64,000 bases of DNA from Candidatus Poribacteria bacterium. Its GTDB lineage: Bacteria > Poribacteria > WGA-4E > PCPOR2b. How positions within the stretch are numbered: position 1 is the first letter of the stretch; each line of letters starts with the position of its first letter. Both the position numbers and the translations under genes were made by a program. The stretch is from positions 4,608,001 through 4,672,000 of the forward strand of contig OZ240245.1 of assembly GCA_965198175.1 (NCBI GenBank). Direction: 5' to 3'. The notes beneath the pieces are model-generated. The model ran no database searches. It was not told the DNA's origin and saw nothing but the letters and a program-made list of their open reading frames with translations. Of the stretch, positions 59,710 to 64,000 are shown piece after piece.

Positions 59710-59746
59710 GTAGGTTGGGTTGAGCCAACGGCGAAATCCAACCTAC
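59710..59746. repeat. GTAG-type REP hairpin
   Basis: GTAGGTTGG...CCAACCTAC. Confidence 0.75.
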
Positions 59747-59898
59747 AAGAACTCAGGGGGTTCATAAGATTTCACTTGATCTGATACCAAAGTGATGTTA
59801 CAATCCAATTCGTCTGTTTTATCAATGGGATGATTATTTTATCGCACGAAATGGTAGAATACCACGATAAATTAAAGATTCGGAGGAGGGATTGAACC

Positions 59899-60111
59899 GT
59901 GAATCAGACGCATACCGCCCTTGTCCAGCAACGCGCGGATTGGTGGATTGGCTGGATTAAGGAAATCCCCGGCGTAAACTGCCAAGAAAGAACCTACGAC
60001 GAACTCATTGATACCCTGAGAATCACCCTTGCGGAGGCTTTAGAAATCAATCAAGAACAGGCAATTAACATGGCTGAAAGCGGGTATCAAGAAGTTGCAA
60101 TCCAAATATGA
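59899..60111 (+). CDS. hicB: HicB-family antitoxin
   Basis: WWIGWIKEIPGVNCQERT; RBS GGAGG. Confidence 0.88.
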   Translation: MNQTHTALVQQRADWWIGWIKEIPGVNCQERTYDELIDTLRITLAEALEINQEQAINMAESGYQEVAIQI

Positions 60112-60299
60112 AGCGACGAGAATTGATTGCTCATCTCCGCAAACACAAATGCAATCTGATTAGAGAAGGCGGCAAGCACTCGTGATGGGGAAATCCGAAT
60201 CTGAATACCAGAAGTGCAGTGCCAAGGCATAATGAGATTGACGACCGGCTTGCCAAGAAAATCTGTAAAGATTTGAGAATTCCAGATATAAACGCATAA
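60108..60299 (+). pseudogene. hicA: HicA toxin with internal TGA at codon 26
   Basis: MKRRELIAHLRKHKCNLIREGGKHS*WGNP..AVPRHNEIDDRLAKKICKDL. Confidence 0.85.
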
Positions 60300-60362
60300 C
60301 AACCGGTCTGTTGTACCATTGTTTCGATCGATCCACCAAGACCTGACTTGCAGCTACGCCAG

Positions 60363-61574
60363 TTACGCATCAATCAGCGGCACAGAAGACCTTTTCCCGG
60401 TCATCAGTTCGTCGAGCATGGCGTGGAATAATTCGTCCAATCCGGCTGCCTCCTGTTCAAGGGCGGCGATTTTTGTATCGCAGGCTTGTACAGTTTCGGC
60501 AATGGATTGTTGTTCGGATTTGGTTGGCAAAACAGGAATAAGCAAATTCCTGAGGTCACTTCCACTAACTCCAGAAACAGCAAGCACTCGAACTATGCGG
60601 TCTATCAATCGCCTTCCACATCTACTGTTCAAAAAATAGGCATAAAATTCAGGGATGGCTGATTGCTTTAGGGAGACACGAATGAGGGAACTCGCAAAAA
60701 CTACTGATTCATTTAATGATGGTACATATTGGCATTTACCGGCACCACCGGGCTTGAAAGACCTCCGTGCAAATACTAAATCGCCTTCATGAAGTCCATA
60801 CTTTTCGAGTTCCTTATTATCTAAATCAACCCTATCCATTTTTTGAATCTTAAGTAAATCTCCTTCCCTGAAAATATCCTTCATATCTGCAATTAAAGAA
60901 CCTTTTCCGTAAAATTCTTTGGATTTGTAGATACCATTTCGAGTGCCTGAAAGCATTATCTCCTGAAATGGTAAAACCTCCCAACTCTCAGGAATCTCTC
61001 CAATCTCCGTCTGCTTGCGGGGTTCGCCCTTTGTGCCGTGTGAAAAGAGGTATTCCATCAACGCCGCTTTGCGTTCGCGCTCAAATTCAACTTCGCGTTG
61101 GCGTGCGGCTTTCGCTTCTTGGATTGTCCGTAAAACGAGGGCAATGGCGCGTTGTTCGGGGAGTGGGGGACATACTACCGAAAACTCCCGCAAATACTTA
61201 TAATGCCGATTATACCCCTTATTAGGCACTCTAAGATTCATAAGAGCGAAATAGAAAAAACGTGCGTCCAAAACATCGTCGTTTGCATAAAGAAGTTTTG
61301 TCCCATCAGCCCCCATCGCAAATGGGAAATCAACATATTTGAAAATACGAGTATGGTCTCCAAAAATCACCACTGGGAAATTATCAAATATCACAGATTC
61401 AGTTGAATCTGTCCAACCCGAAATAAATGCCGCCCCTTGATCGATTACAGGGAACTCGCCAGATTCCTGATAATCGTTTTTTTGAATGGAGCATACCTTC
61501 TTTGATTTGACCCTTTTCAAACAACCCGTAAAGGGCAACATTTTCCAACGCGCTGGCAATCTTATCTCTCTCAC
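60363..61574 (-). CDS. hsdS: Type I R-M specificity subunit S
   Basis: Two TRDs, PPLPEQRAIA, TEIGEIPESW, LDELMTGK. Confidence 0.93.
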   Translation of the reverse strand: MREIRLPARWKMLPFTGCLKRVKSKKVCSIQKNDYQESGEFPVIDQGAAFISGWTDSTESVIFDNFPVVIFGDHTRIFKYVDFPFAMGADGTKLLYANDDVLDARFFYFALMNLRVPNKGYNRHYKYLREFSVVCPPLPEQRAIALVLRTIQEAKAARQREVEFERERKAALMEYLFSHGTKGEPRKQTEIGEIPESWEVLPFQEIMLSGTRNGIYKSKEFYGKGSLIADMKDIFREGDLLKIQKMDRVDLDNKELEKYGLHEGDLVFARRSFKPGGAGKCQYVPSLNESVVFASSLIRVSLKQSAIPEFYAYFLNSRCGRRLIDRIVRVLAVSGVSGSDLRNLLIPVLPTKSEQQSIAETVQACDTKIAALEQEAAGLDELFHAMLDELMTGKRSSVPLIDA

Positions 61575-63211
61575 TGTAGCCCTCCTCCCTTTAGCCCAAG
61601 CTGGATTAGCAGATCTTCCAACGTCCTGTCCCCTTTTTCGCGAGCGATCTGTGCTTCCGTTAGGTCCGCCAGAATCTCATGGATGGGACGATGTTCAACC
61701 ACATCGCTCACATCTACAAACTGGGAGGGACTCAGGTTATAATCGGTTTTTCGGGCATCCTCCAGCGTGATAACATTGCTCAGTTTCTCGCGGGATTCCC
61801 ACGCCCGATAAATTTCTGACGTTGCGTCAATCCCCTCATCGGTCAGGACGTTTTTCGGTTTCTGTTTCTCGAAATATTTGGAAAGGTTAATGAGCAAGAT
61901 TTGTTCTTTGCGCTCCTCTGGTTTGCGACGGTTCAGCAGCAATATGATGCCCGGTGCAGGGGTGTTGTAGAATAGGTTTTCGGGCAAGAGGATGACGCCT
62001 TCAATTAGGTCGTTCTCGACGAACGCTTTCCGGATGTCTCGCTCTCGACTGGTCTGCTTACTGCCGGAGCCGCGAGACACGGCACCGGTATCCAGTACGA
62101 TTGCCGCGCGTCCGGTCTCTTTCAGAGAGGCGGACATGTGCTGTACCCATGCCCAATCTGCGTAGGAACTCGGTGGCACCCCATAGACGAATCGACTCCA
62201 CCGGTCATTAGCGTAGAAGGTATCATTATACCCGTCTTGATTCCACATCGGATTGGCAAGCACGTAGTCGAAGCGTTGCAGCGCCGAATCATCCGTAACA
62301 AAGCCCGGGCTGCGGAAGGTGTCGCCAATACGCAAATCCGCACCGATAAAGTCGTGCAGAAAGGCGTTCATCTTCGCCATGGCGTAGGTGGTGGCGGTCA
62401 ATTCCTGCCCATAGATTCTTGGTGCTGCACCCTTTTCATCCGGGTGCGTCATCTCAAACAGCAGACGGGCTTTTATCAGTAGCCCGCCGGAACCGCACGC
62501 CGGGTCGTAAATCGCGGTGTACGGTTCAGGGTTAATGAGGTGCGCCATTAACCACCCGACCTCTTTCGGCGTGTAGAACTCACCCGCGCTCTGTCCCTGT
62601 CCCTCTGCAAATTTACGCAATAGATACTCGTAAGCACGCCCTAGGATATCCGGCTCCGTGTTTTTAAGTCCAAGCCGATGCCGACTTATGACCTCAATCA
62701 GTGCTTCTAGTCGCTCATCGTCAAGGGTTCGCTGTCCGCTCTGTTGCTCGTTGAAGTCCTTTACATCCAGAACACCCTGCAACGGTGGATTAAGACGGGC
62801 AACATCGCGCATCGCTTCGGTGACAAACTCGCCCAACCGACCATCTGCCGAGTGATTGCGAAGCGCTTCCCAACTATACCGCTGAGGAATATAAAAACGA
62901 ACAATCGGGTTGCGTCCGCTTTTGAGTGCGTCTTGATGGTCGGCGTCAATGATTTCACGCGCCGCGTCTTCACCCCCAAATTCCTCGACCTGTTTCGCAA
63001 ATTCGTCGTCAAACACGTCGGAGAGCCGCTTGTAGAAAATCAGGGGTAGGATAAAATCCTTGAATTTTGGGGCATCGTTCGCCCCTCGAATTGTATTGGC
63101 AGCCTCCAATAGCCACGTTTCGAGGGTAGAGATGTCCAACTGTTTCTGATCTGAGGAGGGAAACGGAATTGTGGTTTGCGGAGCTTTAGCGGCGGTGTTA
63201 TTTTTTGGCAA
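61571..63211 (-). CDS. hsdM: Type I R-M methyltransferase subunit M
   Basis: GEFYTP, YDPACGSGG, motif IV read as ANPMW. Confidence 0.95.
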   Translation of the reverse strand: MPKNNTAAKAPQTTIPFPSSDQKQLDISTLETWLLEAANTIRGANDAPKFKDFILPLIFYKRLSDVFDDEFAKQVEEFGGEDAAREIIDADHQDALKSGRNPIVRFYIPQRYSWEALRNHSADGRLGEFVTEAMRDVARLNPPLQGVLDVKDFNEQQSGQRTLDDERLEALIEVISRHRLGLKNTEPDILGRAYEYLLRKFAEGQGQSAGEFYTPKEVGWLMAHLINPEPYTAIYDPACGSGGLLIKARLLFEMTHPDEKGAAPRIYGQELTATTYAMAKMNAFLHDFIGADLRIGDTFRSPGFVTDDSALQRFDYVLANPMWNQDGYNDTFYANDRWSRFVYGVPPSSYADWAWVQHMSASLKETGRAAIVLDTGAVSRGSGSKQTSRERDIRKAFVENDLIEGVILLPENLFYNTPAPGIILLLNRRKPEERKEQILLINLSKYFEKQKPKNVLTDEGIDATSEIYRAWESREKLSNVITLEDARKTDYNLSPSQFVDVSDVVEHRPIHEILADLTEAQIAREKGDRTLEDLLIQLGLKGGGLQ

Positions 63212-63265
63212 TGGTTTTTCTCCTAGTGGAGGGATATCAGCGGAAATGGATTTCCTTTCCTTCGC

Positions 63266-64000
63266 TCATGATTCATCGGAACTATCTCCAGACGCATCTT
63301 CAGGAACCGTATCGTTCGATTTCCGAAACTGATGAATCAATAGCCACACACCTAACGCTGCTAATACAATGCCAACGAAGTCAAACCAGTACGGTTGGAA
63401 TTCCACCTTTCCGAATTCGCCCGTGAAGCCCGGTATCTCTAATCGAAAACCTACCGTAACGATTAATGGTAATGCATTGACGAGAGCATGGCCAAAAAGA
63501 CAAGGGAGAATCGAGCGCGTCTGTATAAACCACCATGCGAATAGAATTCCCCATGTAGTGGCACCGATGAACTGCCAAGGATTCAGGTGAATCAATCCGA
63601 AAAATACGGCAGAAGCAAGGATAGCTTTTCGCGCAGTATAATGACTCAAAAATCCGCGTAGTATCAATCCTCGCACCAATAGTTCTTCGGTCAATGGAGC
63701 AATCACTACGAGTAGTACAACTGAACCCCAAAGGCTTTCTTGGGCACCCACAAGACTCTCAAGTAAGTTCGTGAATAATGCGGGCGGGGGCAGAAAGACT
63801 CGTAGCAAGTTATCAATTTCAGAGAGTAGGATAGAGGTACCAATCACGGTGAGAACCATAGGGAAAAACAGCGACAGTCGTACCCGCACGAGCGGACATA
63901 TTTCTCTCAGCGAAGCATTGCCTCGTTTTAGCCCTATCGCCAAAATTAGCCCGAAGGCAACGAGGTTCAATAATGCAAGGACAGCGGGGTGCTGTGACAG
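63266..64000 (-). CDS. CPBP (CAAX protease-like) intramembrane metalloprotease; start outside window
   Basis: EELLVRG, FGLIH, GHALVN. Confidence 0.88.
   Translation of the reverse strand: MSQHPAVLALLNLVAFGLILAIGLKRGNASLREICPLVRVRLSLFFPMVLTVIGTSILLSEIDNLLRVFLPPPALFTNLLESLVGAQESLWGSVVLLVVIAPLTEELLVRGLILRGFLSHYTARKAILASAVFFGLIHLNPWQFIGATTWGILFAWWFIQTRSILPCLFGHALVNALPLIVTVGFRLEIPGFTGEFGKVEFQPYWFDFVGIVLAALGVWLLIHQFRKSNDTVPEDASGDSSDES

Overview
Bacterial chromosomal window of roughly 48% GC (by eye). It is probably from Candidatus Poribacteria or a relative; this is an inference from the C-terminal ...TTTWAAIKKR-type tail on a secreted protein plus PhyH and NHL genes. Core segments: hslV-hslU; ylxM-ffh-rpsP-khpA-ylqD-trmD-rplS; hisC; tRNA-Leu(CAA); mnmG-rsmG followed by a partner-switching (STAS/HK/REC-PP2C/RsbW/STAS) cluster; an NtrC-family regulator with a sigma54-driven cluster of secreted proteins and lipoproteins; a TonB-dependent receptor; and a type I R-M system split by TA modules and other genes. 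The most interesting part is a ~13 kb accessory island (~3.9-16.9 kb). It holds mostly minus-strand orphan genes, three paralogs of an unknown beta-rich family, an IS701 insertion, and an unannotated frameshifted Cre-like tyrosine recombinase C-terminus. It also holds four same-orientation copies of a ~200-300 nt non-coding element built from ~94-nt tandem two-hairpin units, with compensatory and G-U changes between copies. One copy overlaps the 3' end of an HTH-like ORF. A small RNA candidate with a perfect promoter, a possible pseudoknot and a terminator closes the island. GTAG-type REP/REPIN elements are scattered through the window. All alignments and folds were done by hand; no searches were run.
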